A stretch of DNA of 64,000 bases, taken from NCBI GenBank assembly GCA_006218035.1, contig VBWC01000006.1:6266-70265 (forward strand). Direction: 5' to 3'. The position numbers were made by a program, and so were the translations under genes. Origin of the DNA: Gammaproteobacteria bacterium (GTDB lineage Bacteria > Pseudomonadota > Gammaproteobacteria > VBWC01). Shown here piece after piece: positions 52,534 through 63,394 of this stretch. A model generated the notes under the pieces. It did not search any database. It saw only the letters and a list, made by a program, of their open reading frames with translations, and had not been told where the DNA came from. Numbering within the stretch: the first letter of the stretch is position 1; the number at the start of each line of letters is the position of its first letter.

Positions 52534-54687
52534 CTAAAACTTGCCGTAGTAGCCTTCCTTGAGCGCATCGTAGAGATTCGCCGCCGAGTGCGTTTCACCG
52601 TCATATTCGATCTCCTCGTTACCGCGAGCCTCGACTACCGTGCCGTCCTCGAGCGTGAACTGGTAAACCGTGTTCTCCAGGTCGGCCTCCTTGACGAGCA
52701 CGCCCTGGAACGCCTCCGGATTGAAGCGAAACGTCGTGCATCCCTTCAGGCCTTCTTCATAGGCATACATGTAAATGCCTTTGAAATCCTCGTAGGGATA
52801 ATGGGTGGGTACATTGGCAGTCTTCGATATGGATGAATCGATCCACTTTTGCGCCGCGGCCTGTATATCGACATGCGCCTTGGGCGTGATGTCGTCGGCG
52901 GTGATGAAGTAGTCCGGCAGCAACTCGCCGTCTTTCTCCGAGCCGGGTATCGCGTTCGGATTGATCTGGCGACGGTAGGCGAGCAGTTCGTACGAATAGA
53001 CATCGACCTTTTCCTTGGTCTTGCGACCCTCGCGGATCACATTGCGGAAATAATGATGCGCGAAGCTTGGTTCGATGCCGTTACTGGCGTTGTTGGCGAG
53101 TGACAGCGATATCGTGCCGGTCGGCGCGATCGAGCTGTGATGCGTGAAGCGTGCGCCGACCTCGGCCAGCTCCGCGACCAGCTCCGGTTCGACGTCGGCG
53201 ATCCGCTGCATGTAGCGACTGTATCTCGCGTGCAGTACCTTGCCCGGGATCCGGTCGCCGACCTTCCAGCCGTCACGTTCCATCTCCGGACGTTTACGCA
53301 GCATCGCCGCTGTCACCTCGAACTCCTTCAGCAGTATCGGCGCGGGACCTTTCTCGCGGGCCAGATCAAGCGCCGCCTTCCAGCCGGTGACGGCGAGTTC
53401 GCGTGTCACGCTGTCGGTAAATTCCAGCGACGGTGGTGAACCATACTTCATGCCGAGCATGGTCAGCGTCGAGCCGAGGCCGAGGTATCCCATCCCGTGG
53501 CGCCGCTTGCCGAGGATCTCCTCGCGCTGCCGTTCAAGCGGCAGACCGTTGATCTCGACCACATTGTCGAGCATGCGTGTGAAAGTGGCGACGACCCGGC
53601 GGTACTCGTCCCAGTCGAACCAGGCGTGTTCGGTGAACGGATCGCGCACGAACTTGGTCAGGTTCACTGAGCCGAGCAGGCACGAACCGTACTCCGGCAG
53701 CGGCTGTTCGCCGCACGGGTTGGTGGCGCGTATCGTCTCGTTGAACCAGTTGTTGTTCATCTCGTTGACCTTGTCGATCAGGATGAAACCCGGCTCGGCG
53801 TAGTCATAGGTCGACGACATGATCACGTCCCACAGACGACGCGCGCGTATGGTTTTGTAGACCTTGCAGGCCACCAGGCCGGCTTCGTTGGACACGTAAC
53901 GACCCGTGACCGGCCACTCGCGCCAGATCACCTGCTCCGGGTTGTCAACATCCAGCTGCTCTTCGGCAACTTCGTCCGCCGTGATCGGAAACACCAGTTT
54001 CCATGGCGCGTCGTTACGGACCGCCTCCATGAAATCCCGGGTCACCAGCAGCGACAGGTTGAACTGCCGCAGCCGGCCGTGTTCGCGCTTGGCCTTGATG
54101 AAGTCGAGTACGTCGGGGTGCTGCACGTCGAACGTCGCCATCTGGGCGCCGCGCCGGCCGCCGGCCGACATGATTGTGAAGCACATCTTGTCGTAGATAT
54201 CCATGAACGACAGCGGACCGGAGGTATATGCGCCGGCGCCCGACACATACGCGCCTCTCGGGCGCAGCGTCGAGAACTCGTAGCCGATGCCGCAGCCGGC
54301 CTTCAGCGTCAGGCCGGCCTCTCTGACCTTGGTCAGAATGCCGTCCATCGAGTCCTCGACCGTGCCGGAGACGGTGCAGTTGATCGTCGACGTCGCCGGT
54401 TTGTGTGCCCAGGCGCCGGCATTGGAAATAATGCGCCCGGCCGGAATCGCGCCGTGGCGTAATGCCCAGAGGAATTCTTCGTACCAGAGTTCACGTTTGT
54501 CTTCGGCTTCGACATCGGCGAGCGCCCTGGCCACGCGCTTGAAGGTATCGTCCAGGGTATCGTCGATGACCGCGCCGTTTTTGCTCTTGAGACGATACTT
54601 CTTGTCCCAGATATCCAGCGAGGCTTCCTGAAATGGCGTGTCTTGTTGGCCGCTTTTCACTACCTTCAACTGCGTAGTTTTTTTCAT
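52534..54687 (-). CDS. nrdJa: Adenosylcobalamin-dependent ribonucleotide reductase subunit a
   Basis: PAGRI, TINCTV, RRGAQM, TNPCGEQPL, APTGTIS, SISKTAN. Confidence 0.96.
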   Translation of the reverse strand: MKKTTQLKVVKSGQQDTPFQEASLDIWDKKYRLKSKNGAVIDDTLDDTFKRVARALADVEAEDKRELWYEEFLWALRHGAIPAGRIISNAGAWAHKPATSTINCTVSGTVEDSMDGILTKVREAGLTLKAGCGIGYEFSTLRPRGAYVSGAGAYTSGPLSFMDIYDKMCFTIMSAGGRRGAQMATFDVQHPDVLDFIKAKREHGRLRQFNLSLLVTRDFMEAVRNDAPWKLVFPITADEVAEEQLDVDNPEQVIWREWPVTGRYVSNEAGLVACKVYKTIRARRLWDVIMSSTYDYAEPGFILIDKVNEMNNNWFNETIRATNPCGEQPLPEYGSCLLGSVNLTKFVRDPFTEHAWFDWDEYRRVVATFTRMLDNVVEINGLPLERQREEILGKRRHGMGYLGLGSTLTMLGMKYGSPPSLEFTDSVTRELAVTGWKAALDLAREKGPAPILLKEFEVTAAMLRKRPEMERDGWKVGDRIPGKVLHARYSRYMQRIADVEPELVAELAEVGARFTHHSSIAPTGTISLSLANNASNGIEPSFAHHYFRNVIREGRKTKEKVDVYSYELLAYRRQINPNAIPGSEKDGELLPDYFITADDITPKAHVDIQAAAQKWIDSSISKTANVPTHYPYEDFKGIYMYAYEEGLKGCTTFRFNPEAFQGVLVKEADLENTVYQFTLEDGTVVEARGNEEIEYDGETHSAANLYDALKEGYYGKF

Positions 54688-54763
54688 GATTGACTTGCCC
54701 CTTCCTTGCTTACTGCCGGTTATTATTATTCCTGCACGATCAGGCTGACCTTCACAGGCCCGG

Positions 54764-54779
54764 ACACAATATATTGTGA
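54764..54779. promoter_or_regulatory. NrdR box
   Basis: ACACAATATATTGTGA palindrome upstream of nrdJa. Confidence 0.8.
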
Positions 54780-54940
54780 AGAACGAGCAGGGTATGATGA
54801 TCAATCTATCCTGTCAAACGCTTTTACGCACGACGCCCGGTGAATATTTATTCTATATAAAACATAATATTAATTGCTGAGTTCCGTATTGACGCAGGAT
54901 TATCGCCCTGTTCTCCAAGAGAAACCTGTCGTTGGCCATA

Positions 54941-54956
54941 CCACAACATATTGTGG
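54941..54956. promoter_or_regulatory. NrdR box (distal)
   Basis: CCACAACATATTGTGG palindrome. Confidence 0.7.
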
Positions 54957-54997
54957 TAGCGGATTTTCAAAAAATGTCGCCTGATCGGCGCGGATTC

Positions 54998-55026
54998 CTT
55001 GAAATGTCATACGCCCGCGCCCATAT
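54998..55026 (+). promoter_or_regulatory. Sigma-32 promoter of hsp20
   Basis: CTTGAA-N16-CCCATAT upstream of a small heat shock gene. Confidence 0.7.
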
Positions 55027-55064
55027 ACCGAGCAACTGCAACGTTATCTCAGGAGACCAGAATC

Positions 55065-55499
55065 ATGAACTATAGCCACTACCGATCACCGTTTGACGAA
55101 CTGCGCCATGAGATCACCAGCGCATTCGGTTTCAACGGCCGCCATGGCCGCCGAACCGCGGCTGCCGCAGTGTCCGGCTGGGCGCCGCCGGTGGATATCA
55201 AGGAAGAGGCGGACCGGTTTGTCATTTATGCCGATCTGCCGGGATTCGACCCCAGGCAGATCGATATCACGTTCGATAAGGGCGTGCTGATCATTAAAGG
55301 CGAGCGCGCCGCGCCTGTCCGCGAGGAACTGGAAAAGTACTCCCATCTGGAACGCCCGAAGCAATCCTTCGAACGCCGTTTCCGGTTGCCGGATACCGCC
55401 AATCCCGACGCGATCACCGCGCGCGGTGAATACGGAGTCCTGGAGGTAGTGATCGGCAAAAAACCGGTGGACGCCGCCCGCAAGATTGCCATTAAATAA
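55065..55499 (+). CDS. Hsp20/alpha-crystallin small heat shock protein
   Basis: WAPPVDIKEE, DLPG, FERRFRLP, GVLEV; AGGAG RBS. Confidence 0.93.
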   Translation: MNYSHYRSPFDELRHEITSAFGFNGRHGRRTAAAAVSGWAPPVDIKEEADRFVIYADLPGFDPRQIDITFDKGVLIIKGERAAPVREELEKYSHLERPKQSFERRFRLPDTANPDAITARGEYGVLEVVIGKKPVDAARKIAIK

Positions 55500-55516
55500 C
55501 CTGATCAGGCGGACAG

Positions 55517-55546
55517 CAAGGCGGCCAACCGGCCGCCTTGTTTTTT
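55517..55546 (+). terminator. Intrinsic terminator after hsp20
   Basis: CAAGGCGGCC-AACC-GGCCGCCTTG-TTTTTT. Confidence 0.8.
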
Positions 55547-55630
55547 GGTGGCCGGTGGAGGTACTCCACACACCAGTGTCCGTAGTGGTTCCGGAGTTGT
55601 TACACTACGCGGGAAAACCGGAGGTAGTAA

Positions 55631-56131
55631 GTGAAAAGCATCGAACACGCGCTGGAGAGATTAATGTTCGGCAGCCGTTGGCTGCTGGCGCCGTTTTATC
55701 TCGGTCTGGTGTTCTGTATCGTGCTGCTGCTGGTCAAGTTCTCGAAAGAAGTAGCCGCGCTGGTGCCGGTGGTGTTCACCGGCGAGGGCAGCCAGGTCAT
55801 CATCGGGATTCTCTCGTTGATCGATATCACGCTGGTAGCGAACCTGCTCATTATCATTATCTTTGCCGGTTACGAAAATTTCGTTTCGAAAATTCATACG
55901 GATAATCATGAAGACCGTCCGGACTGGATGGGTCACGTGAATTTTTCCGATCTCAAAATGAAAGTGATCGGGTCCATCGTGGCGATATCCGCTATCGAAC
56001 TGCTCAAATCATTCGTCAATGTTCATGAATTGTCGAGTGAACAACTGGCCTGGAAGGTGGGGATCCATCTGACGTTTATCGTCTCTGGTGTGATGTTTGC
56101 CTTGATGGACTGGCTGACCAGTAAAGAATAA
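55631..56131 (+). CDS. YqhA/UPF0114 family membrane protein
   Basis: SRWLLAPFYLGL, GYENFVSKI, SIVAISAIELL. Confidence 0.92.
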   Translation: MKSIEHALERLMFGSRWLLAPFYLGLVFCIVLLLVKFSKEVAALVPVVFTGEGSQVIIGILSLIDITLVANLLIIIIFAGYENFVSKIHTDNHEDRPDWMGHVNFSDLKMKVIGSIVAISAIELLKSFVNVHELSSEQLAWKVGIHLTFIVSGVMFALMDWLTSKE

Positions 56132-56233
56132 TCCCGGGTTCCGGAGTAACGAAACCGCGCTCGTTCCGGCGCCGGAACGACAGGTATTCTTGCCGGCAAT
56201 CGCCGGCGTACTGCGAGCAGGAGCGATACCGTC

Positions 56234-57451
56234 GTGGCCGTTCATGCATTCTTCCTGAACCTGTTGATCATCCTGCTGACGGCGCGCGTGTTCGCCGAAC
56301 TTGCCGTGCGCATGAAGACGCCGGCGGTGATCGGCGAGTTGCTCGCAGGTGTCGTGCTCGGGCCCAGTCTGCTCGGCTGGATCACCCCCGGCGAAGTGAT
56401 CAAGCTGCTTGCCGAGATAGGCATCATCCTGTTGCTGTTTGAGGTCGGGCTGGACACCGATGTCAGGCGGCTGATGCATACCGGCACGAAGTCGTTCGTC
56501 GTCGCCGTCCTTGGCTTTGGTCTGCCGCTGGTGCTTGGCTTTTCACTCGGCTACTGGATGCTCGATTTACCGTTGCTGGTATCCCTCTTTATTGGCGGTA
56601 CGCTGACCGCCACCAGCATCGGGATAACGGTGCGGGTGCTGACCGATCTGAAGCGCCAGCACGCGCTCGAAAGCCAGGTCGTGCTCGGCGCGGCGGTGAT
56701 CGACGATGTCCTGGGGGTGGTCCTGCTCGCCACGCTCTACGAATTCTCCGTCAGCGGTGGTGTCAGTATTGCCAATATCGGCAAGGTACTGACCTTTGTC
56801 GGCGCGTTTTTCGTACTCGCGCCGGCGGCCGCGAAACTGATGTCCGTGGTCATCCAGCGGTTTGACGCGACGAGCGACATCCCCGGGCTGATACCGACCA
56901 CGCTGGTGTCTATGGTGCTGTTCTTTGCCTGGGCGGCCCATGCGATCGGCGCGCCGGAGTTGCTCGGCGGCTTTGCCGCAGGGCTGGCGCTGTCGCGCCG
57001 CTTTTTCCTGCCGTTCGGCATGGCGCTGCACAACGACGAGCGTTTTGCCCAGCGCGTCGAGGAACAGATGAAGCCGATTATTCATTTGTTTACACCGATC
57101 TTTTTCGTGATGGTCGGTCTGTCGCTGCATCTGCGCGACATCGACTGGGGGTCGCCGTTCATCTGGGGATTCTCGGCCACCATGTTTCTGGTGGCGATCG
57201 GTGGCAAGCTGATTGGCGCATTCGTCATCCGCGAACCGTGGCCGATCCGCGTGGCCATCGGTGTCGCGATGATTCCACGCGGTGAAGTAGGCCTCGTGTT
57301 CGCCGAGTTGGGCCGCGCCAGCGGCATATTCAATAACGAGATCTATGCCGGAATGATCATCGTCATAGCACTGACGACGCTCGTGCCGCCATTCGTGTTG
57401 AAGTGGATCTACGGCCGCTATGGCCAGCGTTTTGAGGTGATCTCGCCCTGA
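56234..57451 (+). CDS. Cation:proton antiporter (CPA2, NapA-like)
   Basis: IGELLAG, ATSIGIT, AAVIDD, MIPRGEVG. Confidence 0.94.
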   Translation: MAVHAFFLNLLIILLTARVFAELAVRMKTPAVIGELLAGVVLGPSLLGWITPGEVIKLLAEIGIILLLFEVGLDTDVRRLMHTGTKSFVVAVLGFGLPLVLGFSLGYWMLDLPLLVSLFIGGTLTATSIGITVRVLTDLKRQHALESQVVLGAAVIDDVLGVVLLATLYEFSVSGGVSIANIGKVLTFVGAFFVLAPAAAKLMSVVIQRFDATSDIPGLIPTTLVSMVLFFAWAAHAIGAPELLGGFAAGLALSRRFFLPFGMALHNDERFAQRVEEQMKPIIHLFTPIFFVMVGLSLHLRDIDWGSPFIWGFSATMFLVAIGGKLIGAFVIREPWPIRVAIGVAMIPRGEVGLVFAELGRASGIFNNEIYAGMIIVIALTTLVPPFVLKWIYGRYGQRFEVISP

Positions 57452-57541
57452 TACCGGCGGCACGGGCGTGCGCACGGCGCCGGTGAACCCGGAGCAACGA
57501 CAAGAACGGCCGGGCCGCTCCTGTCGTTGCTATCGGCGGGA

Positions 57542-58759
57542 CTACTTCGCCGAATGTCCGGTCAGCTTGACCTCGACACGGTCCTCGTCAGCCAGTCCCG
57601 CGTAGTATTTACGCAGGATGTCGAGCACTTCCGGGCGGCTGAAATGCGGCGATACCTCTTCACCTTCCGACAAGGACTTGCGCAGCTTGGAGCCTGACAG
57701 CATCAGCCGGTCGGCTGCTTCGTGCGGGCAGGTCTTCATCGACGCCATGCCGTCGCATTTGCTGCAATGGAAGGTCCAGTCGATTTTCAGCGGTTTGGTT
57801 TCCAGTGCATCGGCCGGGATCTCGTCGAAGATGTGCTGCGCGTCGAAAGGACCGTAGTACTCGCCGACGCCGGCGTGATCGCGACCGACGATCAGATGCG
57901 AGCAGCCGTAGTTCTGCCTAAACAGCGCATGCAGCAGCGCTTCGCGCGGACCGGCATAGCGCATGTCCAGCGGATAACCGGACTGCACCACGGTGTCCTT
58001 GACGAAATACTTGTCGATCAGCACGCTGATCGCGTCGCGGCGTACCTCGGCCGGGATATCGCCCGCCTTCAGCTTGCCTAGCAGCGAATGCACCATGACA
58101 CCGTCGCAGATCTCGACGGCGATCTTGACCAGATACTCGTGCGACCGATGCATCGGGTTGCGCGTCTGGAACGCGGCGACCGTCGACCAGCCCTTTTTCT
58201 CGAACAGCGCGCGTGTCTGCGCCGGCGTCATGTAGACGTCTTTAAACCGTGTCGGAAAGTCACCCTCGGACAGCACCTTGACCGGGCCGGCCAGGTTCAC
58301 CTCGCCCTGCTCCATGACCATCTGGACGCCGGGGTGTTCCTTGTCGGTCGTCTTGAACACCATGGCGCACTCGTGTTCCTTGTCGATGGTGTACTTCTCG
58401 GTGACCATCATCGTCGCCATGACTTCATTGGTCTCACGGCTGACCAGCGCGACGTCCTTGCCGATCTTGATCTTGTCGCCGGTCGCCTTGTCGGTCGACA
58501 GCGTGATCGGGATCGGCCAGAACAACCCGCCGGTGGTCTTCATGCCATCGCACACGCCCTGCCAGTCCGCCTGCGACATAAAGCCGTCCAGCGGCGTGAA
58601 GCCACCGATGCCAAGCATGATCAGGTCGCCGGTCTCGCGGGAGCTGATCGGTATCTGCGGCAAGGTCTTCGCGCGCGCCAGTTCCTGTTCGCGCTCCTTG
58701 CCTGCAAGAAGTAACGGCTTCAAATTGGCCGCGCCGTGCGGTTTCACCAGTCCGGACAT
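57542..58759 (-). CDS. sat: Sulfate adenylyltransferase (homo-oligomeric type)
   Basis: [33 protein letters not shown]. Confidence 0.96.
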   Translation of the reverse strand: MSGLVKPHGAANLKPLLLAGKEREQELARAKTLPQIPISSRETGDLIMLGIGGFTPLDGFMSQADWQGVCDGMKTTGGLFWPIPITLSTDKATGDKIKIGKDVALVSRETNEVMATMMVTEKYTIDKEHECAMVFKTTDKEHPGVQMVMEQGEVNLAGPVKVLSEGDFPTRFKDVYMTPAQTRALFEKKGWSTVAAFQTRNPMHRSHEYLVKIAVEICDGVMVHSLLGKLKAGDIPAEVRRDAISVLIDKYFVKDTVVQSGYPLDMRYAGPREALLHALFRQNYGCSHLIVGRDHAGVGEYYGPFDAQHIFDEIPADALETKPLKIDWTFHCSKCDGMASMKTCPHEAADRLMLSGSKLRKSLSEGEEVSPHFSRPEVLDILRKYYAGLADEDRVEVKLTGHSAK

Positions 58760-58879
58760 AGTACTGAACCTCTAGAAACGTGGATGAAATGTGTCGGAGT
58801 CACTCCGGGGCGCGCCAGTATAACGTAGTTGCCCCGTGATCTCATGACCCGCCCCGCCGCCCGCGACGATACCCGGTTA

Positions 58880-59668
58880 TCAGCCCAGCAACATGCGGGT
58901 GCCGAGCACGGCCAGCAGGGCGGCGAACCACAACTTCAATGTCCGGCGTGGCAGCCGGTGCGCCAGCCTGGCGCCGAGCGGCGCGAACACCAGTGTCGCG
59001 GCGCCGATGCCCGCCGCCGCAGGCCAGTAAACATAGCCGGAGGTGTAGGGCGCATCGCCGGTAACGTTCCAGCCGACAATGATGAAGCTGATCGTGCCAC
59101 CGACGGCAATCGGCAGCCCGCAGGCCGCCGATGTTGCGACCGCATTGTGTATCGCCTTGTTACACCACAGTAGAAACGGCGTGGTCAGCGTACCGCCGCC
59201 GATACCGATCAACGACGATACCGCGCCGATGAAGGTGCCGACCAACGACATGCCGGCGATGCCAGGCAGCGTCCGGTGCGGTGACGGCTTTACATCCAGC
59301 GCGATTTGCGCGGCAACCACCAGTTCAAATATGCCGAACACCCAGCGTAGCGCATTGGTCGACAACAGATTCGCGATCAGTGCGCCCAGCAGCGTGCCGA
59401 TCAGCAGGCCTGGCGCAAGGCCGCGTACCGCGTCCCATAACACCGCGCCATGGCGGTGATGGGCGCGCGTCGAGGCGATCGACGTGACGATGATCGTCGC
59501 CAGCGACGTGCCGATCGCGACGTGTACGGCGACATCGGGAAACAGCTGCTGATAGCCGAACAGCATCACCAGTGCCGGCACGATGATCAGTCCGCCGCCG
59601 ACGCCGAACAGCCCGGCGACCACGCCGACGGCCGAGCCAAGGACCAGATAGCTGACCAGGGTTAACAA
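58880..59668 (-). CDS. TauE/SafE family exporter
   Basis: GLFGVGGG, AIGTSLA, GIGGG repeats. Confidence 0.93.
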   Translation of the reverse strand: MLTLVSYLVLGSAVGVVAGLFGVGGGLIIVPALVMLFGYQQLFPDVAVHVAIGTSLATIIVTSIASTRAHHRHGAVLWDAVRGLAPGLLIGTLLGALIANLLSTNALRWVFGIFELVVAAQIALDVKPSPHRTLPGIAGMSLVGTFIGAVSSLIGIGGGTLTTPFLLWCNKAIHNAVATSAACGLPIAVGGTISFIIVGWNVTGDAPYTSGYVYWPAAAGIGAATLVFAPLGARLAHRLPRRTLKLWFAALLAVLGTRMLLG

Positions 59669-59673
59669 GGCGG

Positions 59674-61038
59674 CTACTTCACCCAGATGGTTTTCACGTT
59701 AAGGAATTCGTGCATGCCATGGTGTGACAATTCACGGCCGTAGCCGGAGGCCTTGACGCCGCCGAACGGCAGGCGCGGGTCGCTCTTGACCATGCCGTTG
59801 ACGAAGGCCGCGCCGCATTGCATGCCGAGCGCGAAGCGTTCGCCGCGGCCAATATCGCGTGTCCAGACACTGCCGCCCAGGCCGAACCGGCAATCGTTGG
59901 CGATGCGCAGCGCGTCGTCCTCGTCGCGTGCCCGGATAATACTGGCGACCGGTCCGAACAGTTCTTCATGGTAGGCGCGTGATCCCGGCGTAACGTTGTC
60001 CAGGATCGACGGCAGGTAAAACGCGCCGGGTCCCGGCGCCGGTACACAACCCGTGACTATGGTCGCGCCCTGCTTGACGCTATCCCGGACCTGCTGATGC
60101 AGCTCGTCGCGCAAATCCAGCCGCGCCAGCGGCGCGAGCGTCGTGTGCTCCTGCAATGGATCGCCCGGCCGCAATGCGCTGGCGCCGGCCGTGAATTTCG
60201 CGATGAACGCGTCGGCGATCGCATCGACAACAATAAACCGCTTCGCCGCGATGCAGCTTTGCCCGGCGTTGAGAAATCGTGCCACCACCGCGTTGCCGGC
60301 GGCGAGATCGATGTCGGCATCCTCCAGCACGACGAAGGCGTCCGAGCCACCGAGTTCCAGCACGGTTTTTTTCAGATGTTCGCCGGCGGTTGCCGCCACC
60401 TGGCGTCCGGCCGCTTCGCTGCCGGTCAGCGTCACTGCGTGGACACGCGCATCCTTGATCACGTCGGCGACTCCTTTTGCCGGGATCATCAGCGTGCGAA
60501 AGACATGTTCCGGCAGGCCGGCCTCGCGAAACACCTGCTCGATCGCCAGCGCGCACTGCGGCACGTTCGATGCGTGCTTCAGCAGGCCGGTATTGCCGGC
60601 GGTCAGTGCCGGCGCGGCGAAACGCATGACCTGCCAGACCGGAAAGTTCCACGGCATGATCGCCAGCACCGTGCCCAGCGGCTGACAGGCGACATAGCTG
60701 CTGCTGGCATCCGTGTGGATTTGTTCATTGGCAAGAAAGCGCGGCCCCGCCTCGGCGTAGTATTCGAATGCCGTCGCGCATTTTTCGATCTCGGCGCGCG
60801 CCTCCCTGACCAGCTTGCCCATCTCCAGCGTCACCAGTCGCGCCAGATGTTCCTTCTTCTTGCGCAACACATCGGCCACGGCACGCATCGACCGGCAGCG
60901 TTGAGCCAGTGGTGTGGCCGCCCAGCGTGGCGTTGCCTCCGCCACAGCGGCCAGCGCATTTTCCAGTTCGGCCGCACTCCAGTCGGCAAACTCGCCGAGT
61001 GGTTCGCCGTTGGCCGGATTGATGGATCGGAAGCCCAT
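59674..61038 (-). CDS. NAD(P)-dependent succinate-semialdehyde dehydrogenase family
   Basis: IMPWNFP, LELGGSD, NAGQSCIA, EELFGP. Confidence 0.92.
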   Translation of the reverse strand: MGFRSINPANGEPLGEFADWSAAELENALAAVAEATPRWAATPLAQRCRSMRAVADVLRKKKEHLARLVTLEMGKLVREARAEIEKCATAFEYYAEAGPRFLANEQIHTDASSSYVACQPLGTVLAIMPWNFPVWQVMRFAAPALTAGNTGLLKHASNVPQCALAIEQVFREAGLPEHVFRTLMIPAKGVADVIKDARVHAVTLTGSEAAGRQVAATAGEHLKKTVLELGGSDAFVVLEDADIDLAAGNAVVARFLNAGQSCIAAKRFIVVDAIADAFIAKFTAGASALRPGDPLQEHTTLAPLARLDLRDELHQQVRDSVKQGATIVTGCVPAPGPGAFYLPSILDNVTPGSRAYHEELFGPVASIIRARDEDDALRIANDCRFGLGGSVWTRDIGRGERFALGMQCGAAFVNGMVKSDPRLPFGGVKASGYGRELSHHGMHEFLNVKTIWVK

Positions 61039-61179
61039 GTCTGCGTTCCTTAAAGTGCTATGATTTGTTTAATCTACACCAGCGCCGGCCGGGATGACAG
61101 ATCGCGCACCGTCAGGCGCAGCGGTGCCAACCTCTTTTGTAACGTCTGCGTTTTTAATGACGCGAGGGCTGAGAACGAC

Positions 61180-62124
61180 ATGAAGAAGCGTGATATCTGT
61201 GTGCTCGGCGGCACAGGTTTTGTCGGGCAACATCTGGTCGCCGCGCTGTCATCGGCCGGGTGGCATGTGCGCGTGCTGTCGCGCCACCGCGAGCGCTACC
61301 GCGAACTGCTGGTGCTGCCGAATGTGGACGTTATCGAGGCCAACATACTCGACGAAGGTGTGCTGCGGGAGCATTTTCCCGGCGCTGCCGCCGTCATCAA
61401 TCTGGTTGGTATCCTGAATGAGCGGCATCGCGGCGATTTTCAGGCCGTGCATGCCGATTTGCCACGGCGGATCGTGTCCGCCTGCCGGTTGCTCGGGGTA
61501 CCGCGCCTGCTGCACATGAGCGCGCTGAATGCCGACGCGGCGACAGGCCCCAGCCAGTATCTGCGCAGCAAGGGCGAGGGCGAGGACGCCGTGCACGCGG
61601 CCGATCTGGCGGTCACGAGTTTCCGTCCGTCGGTGATTTTCGGGCCGGGCGATCATTTCTTCAATCAGTTCGCCTGCCTGATCAAGGCGGCGCCCGGCAT
61701 GTTGCCGCTCGCCTGTCCCGGCGCGCGTTTCGCGCCCGTCTATGTCGGTGATGTGGTCGCCGCCTTCGTCAAGGCCATGACGAACAAGAGCACCTGCGGC
61801 CAGCGATACAACCTGTGCGGACCGGCGGCGTATTCGCTGCGGGAACTGTTTGAATTCACCGCGGCGGTGTCGGGTCGCCGTTGCACGGTGATCGGTTTGC
61901 CGAACGCGTTGTCGGCCATCCAGGCCCGTGTCATGGGGCTGCTGCCGGGCAAGCCGCTGACCTATGATAATTATCTGTCGATGCAGGTGGACGGTGTTTG
62001 CGCCGGCGGGTTTCCCGACGTATTCGGTATAACCCCGGCGTCGATCGAATCGATCGTGCCGCGCTATGTCGCCCGCAAAGGCGATCCGTTCGATGAAATC
62101 CGTCATCACGCGCGCCATGACTAG
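61180..62124 (+). CDS. NDUFA9-like NAD(P)-binding SDR protein
   Basis: GGTGFVG, VINLVGIL, YLRSKGEGE, RPSVIFG. Confidence 0.9.
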   Translation: MKKRDICVLGGTGFVGQHLVAALSSAGWHVRVLSRHRERYRELLVLPNVDVIEANILDEGVLREHFPGAAAVINLVGILNERHRGDFQAVHADLPRRIVSACRLLGVPRLLHMSALNADAATGPSQYLRSKGEGEDAVHAADLAVTSFRPSVIFGPGDHFFNQFACLIKAAPGMLPLACPGARFAPVYVGDVVAAFVKAMTNKSTCGQRYNLCGPAAYSLRELFEFTAAVSGRRCTVIGLPNALSAIQARVMGLLPGKPLTYDNYLSMQVDGVCAGGFPDVFGITPASIESIVPRYVARKGDPFDEIRHHARHD

Positions 62125-62164
62125 GCGGTTGCCGCCACCACGGCGCGGACGATATTGAAGATCG

Positions 62165-63394
62165 ATGAAAATATATAGGGTCGGCGGAGCGGTGCGTGAC
62201 CGGCTGCTCGGCCTGCCGGTGGTGGACCGCGACTGGGTGGTTGTTGGCGCGACGCCCGAGCAGATGGAACAGCTCGGTTACCGGCGCGTCGGCAAGGACT
62301 TCCCGGTATTCCTGCATCCCGACACCCGCGAGGAATATGCGCTGGCGCGCACCGAACGCAAGACCGGCCCCGGCTACACGGGTTTCGTCGTGCATGCCGC
62401 GCCCGATGTGACCCTGGAGGAGGATCTGCGCCGCCGCGACATCACGATCAACGCGCTGGCCGAGGACGACGGCGGCGCGGTGATCGATCCGTTCGGCGGG
62501 CGGGATGATCTGGCCCGGAAAATCATCCGTCACGTCTCGCCGGCATTCGTCGAGGATCCGTTGCGTATTCTGCGTGTCGCGCGTTTCGCCGCGCGGTTTG
62601 CCCCGCTCGGTTTCCGGGTGGCCGACGAAACGATCGCACTGATGCACGGCATCGTCGCCGCCGGTGAAGTCGACGCGCTGGTCGCGGAGCGTATCTGGGT
62701 CGAGGTGGCACGCGCACTCGGCGAGCAGCAGCCGTCGCGGTTTTTTGAGGTGCTGCGCAGTTGCGGCGCGCTCGCCCGCCTGTTTCCGGAGATCGACGTC
62801 CTGTACGGTGTGCCGCAACGGCGCGATTTCCATCCCGAGATTGATACCGGCAAGCATGTGATGGCGGTGCTCGATTGTGCCGCCCGCCTCACGCCGGATA
62901 CCCGGGTGCGCTTTGCGTCACTGGTGCATGATCTGGGCAAGGGCACGACGCCGGCGGCCGACTGGCCGCAGCATCCCGGTCATGAGCAACGCAGTGTCGC
63001 GCTCGTCGAGGCGTTGTGCGCGCGGTTGTCCGTGCCGAATGACTATCGCGATCTGGCCATGCTTGCCGCGCGTTATCACAGCCACTGTCACCGCGCCGGT
63101 GAACTGCGGCCCGGCACCCTGCTCGACGTATTGCAGCGTCTCGATGCCTTTCGCCGCCCCGAGCGGTTCGAGCAGTTTCTGCTGGTGTGTCTCGCCGATG
63201 CGCGCGGCCGCGCCGGTCAGGAGGAGGCGCCTTACCCGCAGCAGCACCATATGCGTGCGGCATTCGCCGCGGCGCGCGCCGTCGATGCCGGGGCGCTGGC
63301 CGCCGCCGGGTATAGCGGCGCGGCCATGGCCGAGGCATTACGGCAGCGGCGTATCGCGGCCATCGACGCGCTCAAGGGCGATGGTCCACGCTGA
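62165..63394 (+). CDS. cca: Multifunctional CCA tRNA nucleotidyltransferase
   Basis: [30 protein letters not shown] domain HDLGK. Confidence 0.97.
   Translation: MKIYRVGGAVRDRLLGLPVVDRDWVVVGATPEQMEQLGYRRVGKDFPVFLHPDTREEYALARTERKTGPGYTGFVVHAAPDVTLEEDLRRRDITINALAEDDGGAVIDPFGGRDDLARKIIRHVSPAFVEDPLRILRVARFAARFAPLGFRVADETIALMHGIVAAGEVDALVAERIWVEVARALGEQQPSRFFEVLRSCGALARLFPEIDVLYGVPQRRDFHPEIDTGKHVMAVLDCAARLTPDTRVRFASLVHDLGKGTTPAADWPQHPGHEQRSVALVEALCARLSVPNDYRDLAMLAARYHSHCHRAGELRPGTLLDVLQRLDAFRRPERFEQFLLVCLADARGRAGQEEAPYPQQHHMRAAFAAARAVDAGALAAAGYSGAAMAEALRQRRIAAIDALKGDGPR

Noticed and set aside
52534-54687. Intein in nrdJa, or the a/b split as a novelty
   Set aside because: Motifs are contiguous with normal length; split NrdJa/NrdJb is established, e.g. 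in Pseudomonas aeruginosa
54688-54990. Cobalamin riboswitch upstream of nrdJa
   Set aside because: No B12-box motifs recognisable; NrdR boxes account for the palindromes
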